In this document: positions 24,286-36,100 of the stretch, one piece after another | How the letters are laid out: each line of letters starts with the position of its first letter | How positions within the stretch are numbered: position 1 is the stretch's first letter | Assembly (NCBI GenBank): GCA_038087875.1 | Contig: JAXLNO010000614.1 | Coordinates: forward strand, 1 to 58,577 | Direction of reading: 5' to 3' | Length of the DNA: 58,577 bases | Origin: Malacoraja senta | Taxonomy: Eukaryota | Program-made: the position numbers and the translations under genes | Notes under the pieces: model-generated | Seen by the model: the letters and a program-made list of their open reading frames with translations, nothing else | Databases searched by the model: none | Told to the model about the DNA's origin: nothing

Positions 24286-24406
24286 GCATGAACCTCTTCC
24301 TGTCAGACCAGCACCCAGGGAGCAAACCATTCAACTGGAATCAGACGAGGAATGTGAGGAGGCTTTGAAGATAGACCCCAGTGAACAGGTGGTGGGGGAA
24401 CGGAAG
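24286..24406 (+). pseudogene. GOLGB1: GOLGB1-like penultimate exon (HEPLP...LESDEECEEALKIDPSEQVVGERK)
   Basis: TTTTCTTTCCAG acceptor, AAG|GTGAGT donor; matches the recalled fish giantin segment ESDEE.EALIIDP.E.VVVRK. Confidence 0.75.
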
Positions 24407-25098
24407 GTGAGTATTGCTAATCAATTCTTCGTTTTCTAGTTTTTATCTAATTTTCTGACCTTTTACACTGTATCTTGCCCCTAACACCCCACCCCAGTGA
24501 ACAGGGCAACTCTGGAAATCTTGCTTCTATGTACTTATGAACAAAAATAATTGGATACATAGTAACCGGTTTGGAGTGGGTGATTCAGGCAAACAACACA
24601 GAAAACCTGACCTGGTTTCTTTGTCCAGCTCGAGGTCTGCATGTGGTGCCCCTCCCCTCACCTAGCAACTCCTCCTCTCCTGGGAGGCACGAGGTGTTTG
24701 AATTAGTCTCATGTTGCACTCACGCAAATCGTTTTTCAAATGCATATCTCTAATCTCTCTGTTTCTGTATTAAAGAGCGCAGTGAATACAAGCTAAGGTG
24801 TAAGCCAAATCTCGAAATAAATGTAATAAATTTGGTTATCTCATCTTAACCAAAAGAAGATCTTAAATGTGGAAGACACCTTTCTAGGAATACAGAGAGC
24901 AAGAGAAAACAGCTGATGAAGGTTCATCTTTCCCCACCTTCATCATGCTGTATAGTGTAAGAATGGATACGTCACCCATCACCAAGGAATCCAAGACTAA
25001 CCATGGAAGCACTGTCACTTTCTGATTGACTGCGACAGAGGATTGTTTAGAATCTAGACTTCCTGTCCAATAGTTCGCCAAGGAATCTATATTGCTTG

Positions 25099-25319
25099 GT
25101 ACACAAAAATGCTGGAGAAACTCAGCGGGTGCAGCAGCATCTATGGAGCGAAGGAAATAGGTAACGTTTCGGGCCGAAACCCTTCTTCAGACTGAAGAAG
25201 GGTTTCAGCCCGAAACGTTACCTATTTCCTTCGCTCCATAGATGCTGCTGCACCCGCTGAGTTTCTCCAGCATTTTTGTGTACCTTCGATTTTCCAGCAT
25301 CTGCAGTTCCTTCTTTAAC
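25099..25319. mobile_element. Non-autonomous Penelope-derived palindromic insertion with 15-bp TSD
   Basis: 93-bp inverted arms centred on 25191. AATCTATATTGCTTG occurs at 25084-25098 and 25320-25334. The sequence is the same family as the pLTR at 17026-17150. Confidence 0.85.
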
Positions 25320-25681
25320 AATCTATATTGCTTGTTTGCTCATTGAATAGTGCATTCATTTGGACCATAGTATTGAAGCTGCTACCACCCATTCGTACAT
25401 TATAATGCAGATCTTTGTAACATGATAAGTAAATACAAATCTTCACATCTGTACCTTGGTATTTTACCAATTAGTTTAATTTTGAAAGAACTGATTAGTT
25501 GAGGTTCATAAGTGATTGGATATGAATTAGGCCGTTTGGCCCATCAAGTCAACTCCGCCATTGAATCATGGCTGATCTATCCCTCCTTTGTAACCCCATT
25601 CTCCTGCCTTCTCCCCAGAACCTCTGACACCTGTATTAGGTTGATGTTAGTTAGGTATTGACCTCTGTTTCTGTTTTGCAG

Positions 25682-25845
25682 GTGAAGAGTCGAGTGCATT
25701 TCTTCAAGCGCTTCTTTACTGCTCGAATATGATGACTTCCCAGACCAGCTCACGCTACTTGGTCTTGGCGTACTTTGGGACACCACATTTGCTTGTTTTC
25801 ATGTGCCTGGCGAGACCTTCGGAGACGCACTACAGATGGGAGTGA
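25682..25845 (+). pseudogene. GOLGB1: GOLGB1-like terminal exon encoding the tail-anchor TM, frameshifted
   Basis: TTTCTGTTTTGCAG acceptor. VKSRVHFFKR is followed in another frame by LYCSNMMTSQTSSRYLVLAYFGTPHLLVFMCL, like fish giantin LYCSKLLTSR.KSRYLFL.Y...HVLVFMCL. The first frame stops at 25730-25732. Confidence 0.8.
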
Positions 25846-26037
25846 CACCTATGTGTATATATCAAAGCTGTTAATGAGTTGAACACTGATCACAGGTGTA
25901 TAAATGAATATTGTAATGTATGAAATGTGTTGTCCAAATCGTTTATGGTTCAGTGACATTGTAAACTGGGCTCAAAGTTGTGATTTGTGTTTTCATCTGC
26001 TATCAAAATCCAAAGATACTCTGCTTTAAACAGTTGT

Positions 26038-29000
26038 TTCTTCTTCTTGTTCTTGCGTTTGAGGCAGCAGAGGTGATGTAACGCCCTCCAGGCTCTGTAG
26101 CCCGTTCAATGTGCTGTTATCGAGGGCCGTGAGGTCCACCCCTCCACTAGGGGGGCGGATGACAGCGCAGTCAAAAATGACGTGCTGCGCTGTTTGCTGG
26201 TCTGCTCCACACACGCAGGCTGATGATGAATGCAGCCCCCAGCGATGCATGTTGGCGTTGAACCAGCCGACCCCTGTACGGATCCGGTTCAGGGCGACCC
26301 ACTCTTTGCAGGGCAGGTCCGAGCCGAGTGGGGCTGTGGTGTTCGGTGCAACAGTGAATTGAGGAGGTCGCGAAGTCTGTTCCCAGCTGGTTCTCCAAGC
26401 TCCTAGTGTGTTGAAACTGGAGCCACAGAGGATAGCTACAAGACGGAGAAGGGGCGACGAGATGACAGGCGTTGAGGTCCCAGTTGCTGTGAGTCCTGGG
26501 CGAGGTGGTGCAAAGGATGTTTGGCATCCGATGGGGCCTTGCACACCCGCCTGTGGGTAAAGTACTCTCTGCGAAGCTTGTCTGGTGCGATACCTGCGGG
26601 CACCAGCAGAAGATCTGTCGGAGTAGGATGCAGGCAGCCGGTGATAATCCACATGGTGTCGTCGAGGATAGCATCTAGCTTGCTAGTATGAGCGCTGCGG
26701 CACCATGCTGGGGCGGTGTACTCAGCGGCGCTGTACACGAGTGCAAGAGCACTGGTTCGGAGAGTAGGTGTCCTGGCGCCCCACGACGATCCAGCCAAGC
26801 AATGCAGGAGGTTGTTCTGCACGAGACTTTAGCACGGAGAGCTTCAAGGAGTTGCTTGTAGGTCAGCTGCCGATCTAGTTTCACCCCAAGGTATGTAGGA
26901 AATGGGTTATAGGGCAGGGGTGACCTATTGAGGGCGACGGTTAGCTGGCGTTGAGCTTCCTTGTTGTTCAGGTGAAAGGCCGTTGTGGTGGTTTTTACCA
27001 GACTCAGTTTTAATCTCCAGGTCTTAAGGCAGCCCACGAAAAGTTCCATATCCACTGAAAGCACATCCTCCACGTTCGACCAACTCCTGTCCCAATGCAG
27101 TAGGGCCAGGTCATCTCCGTATCCATACTGGCGTGAGGTCGTGTGTGGCAGATCGCTGATAAAGAGATTGAAGAGCATGGGAGCCAGTACCGAGCCTTGG
27201 GGGACTCCGTTTCTTAGGCGTTGCAGTCGGCTAGATTGTCCGTCGCTGGTCTTGAGTACAAAACTACAGTTGGCCAGGATGTTGGCAAGGAACCGCACTA
27301 AATGGCGGTCAGGAATGGTGTGGAGGAGCTTCAAGATCAGGCCCTGGTGCCACACTGTATCGTAGGCGGCGGTGAGGTCCACCAGTGACGCCCGCCTTGC
27401 GAACCTTTTCGAAACTGTCTTCGATGTCATTGATCAGCTTGACTATGTGGTGGGTAGTGCAGCGTCCCGTACAAAAGCTTGTACAGGACACAGAGGAGTG
27501 AGATGGGCCGATAGTTCCTTGGGTCGTCCACACGCTTGTTTGGTTTTGGTAGCGCAATGACGGTGGCTTTCCACCAGATCTTTGGAATGAACTGACCAAT
27601 GAGGGAAGAGGAGTAGAACTCACGGAGCCAGACCTGGCATTTAGGAACCGCAGTGTTTCAGGAATTCTGGGGGGATGTTATCAGGACCCTGGGCTTTTCT
27701 GCATTTCAAATAACTGATGACAGGAGAGAGTCCTGCAGAGGAAAAGGGTGCTGACAGGAGCCATCAGCGCCTGGAGCTTTCCAAAGATTAGTGGTTTACT
27801 GTTTGACAGAACAAGTATGATTCTTCTCCGCGTCTTTGAAGTGGCCGTTGGCCAGGAGCTGGTGGGCGATGGAGTTGGCCGTGACAAGGCAATGCTTTGG
27901 GTGGGTACTTCGACTGGTGAGGTGATTGAAGGTCTTCCAAGGCAACCTACTGGAGTGTGTGAAGTCGATTCCTTGGACTGTCTCTTCCCACCGCTCTCTG
28001 CGCTTCTTGGTCGAAGCAGGTTGTCAGTTCCGTAGCCTTGGAGGCAGCCTCTTCGCCAGGTTCAGCGTCCAGGAATGCATCGTAGCATGCGTCACACTCT
28101 TTGTCCCATGTGGGGATGTACCGGCAATGATAGCCGCGAGGAATGGAACTCTTCAATGCCCTGATGAGGAGTTTGCAAAAGGTGGAGTAGGCTTTGTCCA
28201 GATTGGTGGAGGTGGGGTTGGGAAGGCTGTCGATCCAGAGGTCCGCCAGACTTGTGAACTGGTCCCACCTGGCCTTGCGGAAATTCCACCTCTTTGCAGG
28301 GTTGGTTGGGACCGGCTCGATGGGATTGTCCAGGATAATCAGAGATGGGTGATGTTGTGATTTCGGGAAGTGATCCAGGATGATGCGGTGTGAGGATGGT
28401 CCATTCAGGTTTGCAAAAGCCAAGTCAATGTTGGTAGTGGTCTTCCACCTGCCAGAGTGGAAGCTGTCCAGTTGTTTAGGGTCATACAGGAGTTGAACGG
28501 CAGTAGCTGAGGCCCAGTCTTCTAGTGCAGTGCCATCTGAGTTAGTTGAACGGTAGCGCCATGTGGTGCTGTGGCAGTTAAAGTCTCCGGTGTAGATGCA
28601 GGGTGGACAAAGGCGGCGGGGATGGAGTCTTTGTGGAGCCTGGTAGAAGGTGGCTTGTATACATTGATGACCATGACACCTTCGACTTGCGTTGCTGCCC
28701 ATTCCACGTCGGAGTCAGGAGAGGACACTGCAATCACTTTCCATTTTGCTGTGTTCCTTACAAAAGTGGCAATCCCGTGGATGTCGCTCTCGGTATAGGT
28801 GGCCAAGGTATAACCGGGGATCTTCAGATGGGAGCTATCACTTGTGAGTCTCTTGGAGCAGGATTGCAATGACTTTGTGGGTCTGTAGCAGATGTTAAAT
28901 AATGGTGGTCTTGGCCTTGGTGAGGTCTTCCGCATTCAGCTGCAGCAGGGTGATGCCATCCGGTTCGACATCTGTAGATACCCGCCCTAAAAAGGGCACA

Positions 29001-29153
29001 TGCTCCTGGTTGGCGCCGAGCTGCGGCGACTGAGGTTGCATTAGGGCTGCGAGCTGTCGTTGTTATTTCTGCTGCTGTCTCTGTTTGTTGTCGTTTGCCT
29101 GACTGAGGTCAGTTGACAGGGCTCACCACAGGGAGGTCGACAACATGAGCCCT
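26038..29153 (-). mobile_element. Vingi/Ingi-clade LINE, apparently full length (~3.1 kb), single disrupted ORF (APE, RT, C-terminal CCHC-like; no RNase H seen), (AAG)n tail
   Basis: ATG at 29041. Motifs LLQLN..LLQETH, NVYKPP, GDFN, RWNFRKA.W, VDLTAAYDTVWH, GVPQGSVLAP, YGDD, LAGSSWGA, WVALNRIRTG, CVCG...HVIFDC. Confidence 0.85.
29086..29153 (-). ncRNA. HDV-like self-cleaving ribozyme at the LINE 5' end
   Basis: P1 AGGGCUC/GAGCCCU; P2 UGUUGUCG/CGACAACA; P3 ACC/GGU with L3 UCCCUGU; P4 CUGAC-CUCA-GUCAG; J4/2 GCAAA with the catalytic-position C at 29097. Confidence 0.85.
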
Positions 29154-29669
29154 ATGTGTTATATAAAAGCTCTAAATGCAAAATTAGGTATATATTTGAG
29201 GTGTTTACCAATATTATTTAACTCTGCTACTTGGGAGTTAGGATGTCAGAGAGAGATTATATTGAAAGATTATATTTCTGCTTGGAAATGCATTTGTACA
29301 TTTAAAGTGGAGCTGAAGATTTAAGGAAAGCACTGAATACATTAGAATATAATATATCTATTACTCTCATATTAGTTATGTTGCCATTAGGGTACAATTT
29401 AGAACTGCACTTTTGGAAATTATTTTGTTTGACAAAGTTTTTATTAAAAGTTACAATTCGGTTTGACTGTTTTATCACCTGTATTTATATTTGAGTGAAA
29501 ATCACAACCAAAACATGTCCTGAAATTGTGTTACTTGTTTACTGCCATAATGTCACTGCCATAATGACTCTACCATAGTGGCTACCAAGGGTATTTAGCT
29601 GCACCTTGACCTGCTGCACTTCTACGGTAGTACAAGTATGCTGGCCACCAGCATAAAGATGTCGCACCC

Positions 29670-29995
29670 CAGCCACTCCGCCCCTCTCCATCAGGCAAGA
29701 GGTATAGAAGTTTGTAAACACACACCTCCAGATTGAGAGGCAGTTTCTTTCCAGCTGTTATCAGGCAACTGAACCATCCTACCAACAAGTAGAGAGCAGT
29801 CCTGAGATACTATCTGCCTCATTGGAGATTCTCGGACTATCTTTAATCGGACCTTATCTTGCACTAAAGATTATTCACATTATTCCCATCTGTACATTGT
29901 GGATGGCTCGATTGTAATCATGTATTGTCTTTCCGCTGACGAGTTTGCACGCAACAAAAGCTTTACAGATGACAATAAACTAAACTAATTAACTA
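29670..29995 (+). mobile_element. Old LINE 3'-end fragment (Rex1-like) with AATAAA and (ACTAA)n tail
   Basis: CTCCATCAGGCAAGAGGTATAGAAG...CAGTTTCTTTCC resembles the LPSG.RYR...SF.P C-terminus also seen at 42470-42540. Confidence 0.55.
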
Positions 29996-30177
29996 ACTGA
30001 TATTCAGTTGGAACTTGACTCTCCACAATGGATGTAATCTTGGTACAGATAAGTTTCAAGCAAGTTGTGGGCATTGCACTTTAATTCAGTCTTTTAATTA
30101 TTGTTCCGCTAAGTTATTAAATATATGGTTTTGCTGGCAAGGCACTGATTACATAGAACAAAGAACATTACAGCACA

Positions 30178-31970
30178 GGTGAATTGATCATGGGGAACAA
30201 GGGTATGGCGGACCAATTGAATAACTACTTTGGTTCCGTCTTCACTAAGGAAGACATAAATAATCTGCCGGAAATAGCAGGAGGCCGCGGGTCAAAGGAG
30301 ATGGAGGAAGTGAGTGAAATCCAGGTTAGTCGGGAAGTGGTGTTGGGTAAATTGAATTGGGTAAATTGAATGGATTAAAGGCCGATAAATCACCAGGGCC
30401 AGTTAGGCTGCATCCCAGAGTACTTAAGGAAGCAGCTCCAGAAATAGTGGATGCATTAGTGATAATTTTTCAAAACTCTTTAGATTCTGGAGTAGTTCCT
30501 GAGGATTGGAGGGTAGCAAACGTAACCCCACTTTTTAAGAAAGGAGGGAGAGAGAAAACGGGGAATTACAGACCAGTTAGTCTAACATCGGTAGTGGGGA
30601 AACTGCTAGAGTCAGTTATTAAAGATGGGATAGCAGCACATTTGGAAAGTGGTGAAATCATTGGACAAAGTCAGCAAGGATTTACGAAAGGTAAATCGTG
30701 TCTGACGAATCTTATAGAATTTTTCGAGTATGTAACTAGTAGAGTGGATAGGGGAGAACCAGTGGATGTGTTGTATCTGGACTTTCAGAAGGCTTTCGAC
30801 AAGGTACATAAGAGATTAGGTTACAAACTTAAATCACACGGTATTGGGGGTTCAGTATTGATGTGGATAGAGAGCTGGCTGGCAAACAGGAAGCAAAGAG
30901 TAGGAGTAAATGGGTCCTTTTCACAATGGCAGCCAGTGACTAGTGGGGTACCGCAAGGCTCAGTGCTGGGACCCCAGCTATTTACAATTTATATTCATGA
31001 TCTGGACGAGGGAATTGAAAGCAACATCTCCAAGTTTGCGGATGACACTAAGCTGGGGGGCAGTGTTAGCTGTGAGGAGGATGCTGGGAGACTGCAAGGT
31101 GACTTGGATAGGCTGGGTGAGTGGGCAAATGTTTGGCAGATGCAGTATAATTTGGATAAATGTGAGGTTATCCACTTTGGTGGCAAAAACGGCAAGGCAG
31201 ACTATTATCAAAATGGTGGCCGATTAGGAAATGGGGAGATGCAGCGAGACCTGGGTGTCATGGTACACCAGTCATTGAAAGTAGGCATGCAGGTGCAGCA
31301 GGCAGTGAAGAAAGCAAATGGTATGTTGGCCTTCATAGCAAGAGGATTTGAGTATAGGAGCAGGGAGGTTCTACTGCAGTTGTACAGGGTCTTGGTGAGA
31401 CCACACCTGCAGTATTGCGTACAGTTTTGGTCTCCAAATTTGAGGATGGACATTATAGCCATAGAGGGAGTGCAGAGAAGGTTCACCAGACTGATTCCTG
31501 GGATGTCAGGACTTTCATATGAAGAAAGACTGGATAGACTTGGCTTATACTCGCTCGAATTTAGGAGATTGAGAGGGGATCTTATAGAAACGTACAAAAT
31601 TCTTATGGGGTTGGACAGGCTAGATGCAGGAAGATTGTTCCCGATGTTGGGGAAGTCCAGGAGAAGTGGTCACAACTTAAGGATAAGGGGGAAATCCTTT
31701 AAGACCGGGATGAGGAAAAACGTTTTCACACAGAGAGTGGTGAATCTCTGGAACTCTCTGCCACAGAGGGTAGTTGAGGCCAGTTCATTGGCTATATTTA
31801 AGAGGGAGTTAGATGTGGCCCTTGTGGCTAAGGGGGTCAGGGGATATGGAGAGAAGGCAGGTACGGGATACTGAGTTGGATGATCAGCCATGATCATATT
31901 GAATGGCGGTGCAGGCTCGAAGGGCAGAATGGCCTACTCCTGCACCTATTTTCTTTGTATCTATGTATCT
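30178..31970 (+). mobile_element. 5'-truncated CR1/HER1 LINE with 505-aa open RT ORF (30357-31874)
   Basis: Same motifs as 1181-3319, with 3' UTR hairpin and tail. A small tandem duplication GGTAAATTGAATTGGGTAAATTGAA at ~30346-30370 shifts the frame. It is inserted into an older minus-strand CR1 tail. Confidence 0.95.
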
Positions 31971-31971
31971 A

Positions 31972-33000
31972 GGACCTGGCCCTTCAGCCCACCATCTGTG
32001 CTGAACATGATGCCAAGACATACCCTTATTAACCTGCATATAATTCATATCCCTCCAATCACTTTATAACCAAATGCTCATCTACAAGTCTCTTACTTGC
32101 ACAATTGTACCGGCCTGCGCCCCCAGCAAGCTCCAGGTGCTCCCACACATCTCCTTTAAACGTTACCCCTATCACCTTAAAGATGGGAGAGATAGATCAG
32201 CCATGATTGAATGGCGGAGTAGACTTGATGGGCTGAATGGCCTAATTCTACTCTTATTGCTTATGACCTTAAAGCTAAGAATTCTCTTATTTAATATTTT
32301 CACTCTGGGAAGTAGGTTCGGACTGTCTACCTCATCTATGTCTCTCACATAATTTTATTTACTTCTAACCAGTCACCCCACATCCTCTGACTTTCCAGAG
32401 AAAACAATCTAAGTGTCCAACCTTTCCCTGTAGCTAATGCCCTCTAATCCAGGCATTATTCTGGTAACCGCCTTTCCAAAGCCTCCAAACCCTTCTTGGA
32501 ATGGGACAACCAGAACTGCAGGCAACACTGTAAATGAGAAATGAGTCTGAAGAAATGATCTCAACCCAAAATGTTGTGTATTGCTTTTCCCTAGAGATGC
32601 TGCCTAACCCGCTGAGTTACTCCAGCTTTTTGAGTTTGACTCCAAATGCAGCATAACCAAAGTCCTATAAAGCTGCATCATGACTTCCAGACTCTTTTAC
32701 CCAATGCCTGGGGTAGGAGATTGCAACCTTCACGAGGTCCACCCTGTTTCAACGAACGCAATGCACCTGGCGTGCACAAACAGAAGATCAAACATAACAA
32801 GTTGTCTAACAACTTTGGGCTGTGCACGCCATACGCACGAAGAAGATACTCAATGCCCTGACCTATGAAAACAAGCATACCATGTGCCTTCATTTACTAC
32901 ACTAACCCATTGTAATGCCACTTGCAAGTTATAGACTTGGACCACAAAATCACTCTGTACATCAATGCTGTTAAGGCAGTCATGCCATTGATTGTAGAAA
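31972..33000 (-). mobile_element. Old decayed CR1-superfamily LINE, host to several short insertions
   Basis: Minus-strand KAHGMLVFIGQGIEY (ORF 32678-32893) and CR1 3' UTR remnants; the tail continues at ~30150-30177. Confidence 0.6.
32710..32846 (+). mobile_element. 137-bp non-autonomous Ingi/Vingi-type retroposon headed by a minimal HDV-like ribozyme; ~11-bp TSD
   Basis: TACCCAATGCC (32698-32708) and TACTCAATGCC (32847-32857) flank it. HDV fold at 32710-32762; tail CATACGCACGAAGAAGA. Confidence 0.75.
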
Positions 33001-33184
33001 CAAAGAACTGCAGATGCTGGTTAATACACAAAAGGACAAAGTGCTGGAGTAACTCAGCAGGTCAGGCAGCATCATCGTAGAACATGCACAGGTGATGTTT
33101 CAGTTTGAAATCCCGTTATTGGTGTACAAATCCTTGTGAATGTACCCTGCTTGTGCAGCAAGCTATATTCACAGAAGGCACCAA

Positions 33185-36100
33185 AATAGTAAGATTAAAC
33201 GAGAACTTACCTAAGTTTGAAATTTGATCTCTATTTTATGAGGAGTTACGTAGGTGATTATGTGAAGAACCCCGCCAGTGCGCCTGCGCGTCAATCTTCA
33301 AAGCAGCGGTGTGAAATCACAAAAAACAACAACCGAAGTAATATAGTCTCATAATAAAACGAGTAATACAAGAACTTCCATCTGACCTTTATGATAGAGG
33401 GTAGGGTCGTGGTGGGCACGTAATCACCTATGTAACTCCTCATAAAATAAAGATCAAACTTCAAACTTAGGTAAGTTCTCGTTTAATCTTACTATTTTAC
33501 TTCGGAGTCACGTGAGTGACTACGTGAAGATTTTAAAGCTTTGTGATTTCATGCCGTGGATCAATCCCGGCTTCTCACTGCATACATTGACTCGGAACGA
33601 GAATAATCAATCATGCATTCATAATAACATTTGTACCACAAATGCAGTAATTCATTTCAATAATGAAATGAATCAGATCCCCTTTAAACCAGAGGAATTT
33701 TCACAGAACTTAAAATAGTTTCTGCAAACAACCCCGCATTAACAATAGGCCGATGGTAAAAATGTTGAAAACATCAACTCATTGGACCACCCGGCGGCTG
33801 CGAGGATATGGTCGAAGGGGCCGTCTTTTGCCCTGGCCGCTGACGTTTCTGCTGCCCTAGTCGAGTGAGACGTAAAAACATAAGTGTTAATACCAGCAGC
33901 TGTTAAGACTTCTTTTATCCATCTGGAAATAGTCTGTATTGAAACTCTCTTGTATGGTTTCTTGTGTGTGATCAACAACCCAGTTTCCGTATTCTCAAAT
34001 TCTTTGTGACCTCAATGTATTTTAATAAATATGTCTTAATACAGAGACATGGATCATTTGGATATGCTGCTAGCATAATTTTAAATCCTGTCACACCTGG
34101 CCTAATTTACTTTAGTAGGTCATAGATATAGAATGTAACCTTGTCTTCAGTTACTTCCATACTGTCTTTTTGTAATTTTCCAAGTGTTTGCACTCGTTGT
34201 GCTGTCACTCATGCCATAAGCATGAATACTTTCATACTGAGCTTGACCAAAGGTGAAGACACACTTGATGACCATTCACGAAGTAGTTTCAGTACCACAC
34301 TTACATCCCAGATTGTCACGTACCTAGGTTTCGGTGGTTTGGAATTAAAGATTCCTTTCATTAGTCTGGAAACAATTGGGTGTGACCCAATTGAGTTTCT
34401 TTCTGAATCCAGAACCAAATATGAGGACAATTCTGGCTGAATTAATTGCATTACAACTCAGACCTTCATCATAATAAAGTTTTGACAGAAATTCTAAACA
34501 TTTGAAATATCTGCAGTACTTTATTGCACATTCTTTTGTACACAGAACTCTTCCCATTTCTTAATATAAGAAAGGTACTGTTTTTGAGTGCTCTTCCTCC
34601 AGGCTGCCGTAAGCATGTCCACAGTATGCTCAGACAGTCCTCGTCCCAGAAAAGGCATTCTTAAAACCTGCAAATCAACAAATCCAAACGATGGTATAAT
34701 GGATGTTGTTACCCTGTTACAGAGTACAACAATAAATTACTCCTTTTTGGGACTTTCATCAACATTTGTGTTGTTAATTCTAATATCAACAGATACCATG
34801 GCTGTATAGGCCAATCTGGTACTACCAATACCCTTGAAGCAGCATCTTGCCTGATTTTAAGCAAACATTGGCTTATGAGGCAGAAAGGTGGAAATATATA
34901 TGAAAACATACCACCCCAATGTAGCGAGAAAGCATCAATCGCCACTGCTCCTGGATCTGGTTTCCATGAGACATATCTCGATAGCTGATGATTCAAGTCG
35001 ATGTCGGTCATTCCAAATCTGGTTACTATATCATTGAATACCTCTTGATTCAACAACCATTCTTTATTATCATGGAACTTTCGTGACCTGGTGTCTGCTA
35101 TCGTATTCTTTCTACCTGTTAGATGGATAGCTGAAATCCAAATATTCTTTTCAATGCACCAAGACCAAATTTGATTAGCCATTTTGCCACATGACACCGA
35201 CTTGATTCCACCCATATGATTAATATAGGCAACTGCTGTTGTGTTATCAATTTGAACTTGAACATGCTTATTAGTTGTGTTAGAACAGTAAGCTTGGAGC
35301 CCATAGAAACATCCTAGAAGCTCCAAATAGTTAATTCCCCATGTCTGCAGTAACAATGACTCTTCCTGATTCCATCTGCCTCCGCAGCTAGATGTTAAGT
35401 CAGTTGCACCCCATCCTAGTGCACTGGCATCAGTTTGTAATATCATGGAAGGTTGTTCAATCAGCACTTTGCTGGAACTGCTTGAGACATGTAGAATCCA
35501 CCACTGTAGATCAGAAACTGCATTTGTTGTTAGTTGCATGGTTCTATCAAAAATGACCAACATGCTTTCTCAGTGCCTGTTCTTTAATTCTCTGCAGCTG
35601 TTGATAATGTAATGGTCCAAATTGAACTGCTGGGAATGCTGCTACTAATTTTCCCAGTACACGAGCCACCTGTCTAATTGAGGGTTTTTGCTCGTTTAGG
35701 AGATTACTACAATCTTTAATCAAATCCACCCTTTTTTCCCTGGGCAAAGTAATATTCATTTGGACTGAATCAATTGTAAACCCCAAATAATTAATTGGAG
35801 GTACATGGTGTTAACCTAGATTTCTTTGGATGAATTAGAAACCCCAAATTTTCAAAAGTTGATTTCACAACTGCAACAGATACTTCTGTTGACTGTTTTG
35901 TCTTTCCTATAATCAAGACATCATCCAAATATGCCATGAGTACATGCCCTGGCTTCTCAGCAAACCCAGAATTGGTTTTAACAATTTTGTGAATATTCTG
36001 GGTGCAGATGTTAACCCATTAGGCAGAGCTTTGAACTGCCACAACTGGTTCATCCATTTAAATTTAAGATACTTCCTATCTTCTGAATGAACAGACACTG

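Noticed and set aside
28950..28985. Possible 2A ribosomal-skip peptide (TDVEPDG) upstream of the Vingi APE domain
   Set aside because: Lacks the essential NPGP of D(V/I)ExNPGP.
26030..29160. TSD for the Vingi LINE (CAGTTGTT versus TATGTGTT)
   Set aside because: Only a partial match; cannot be supported.
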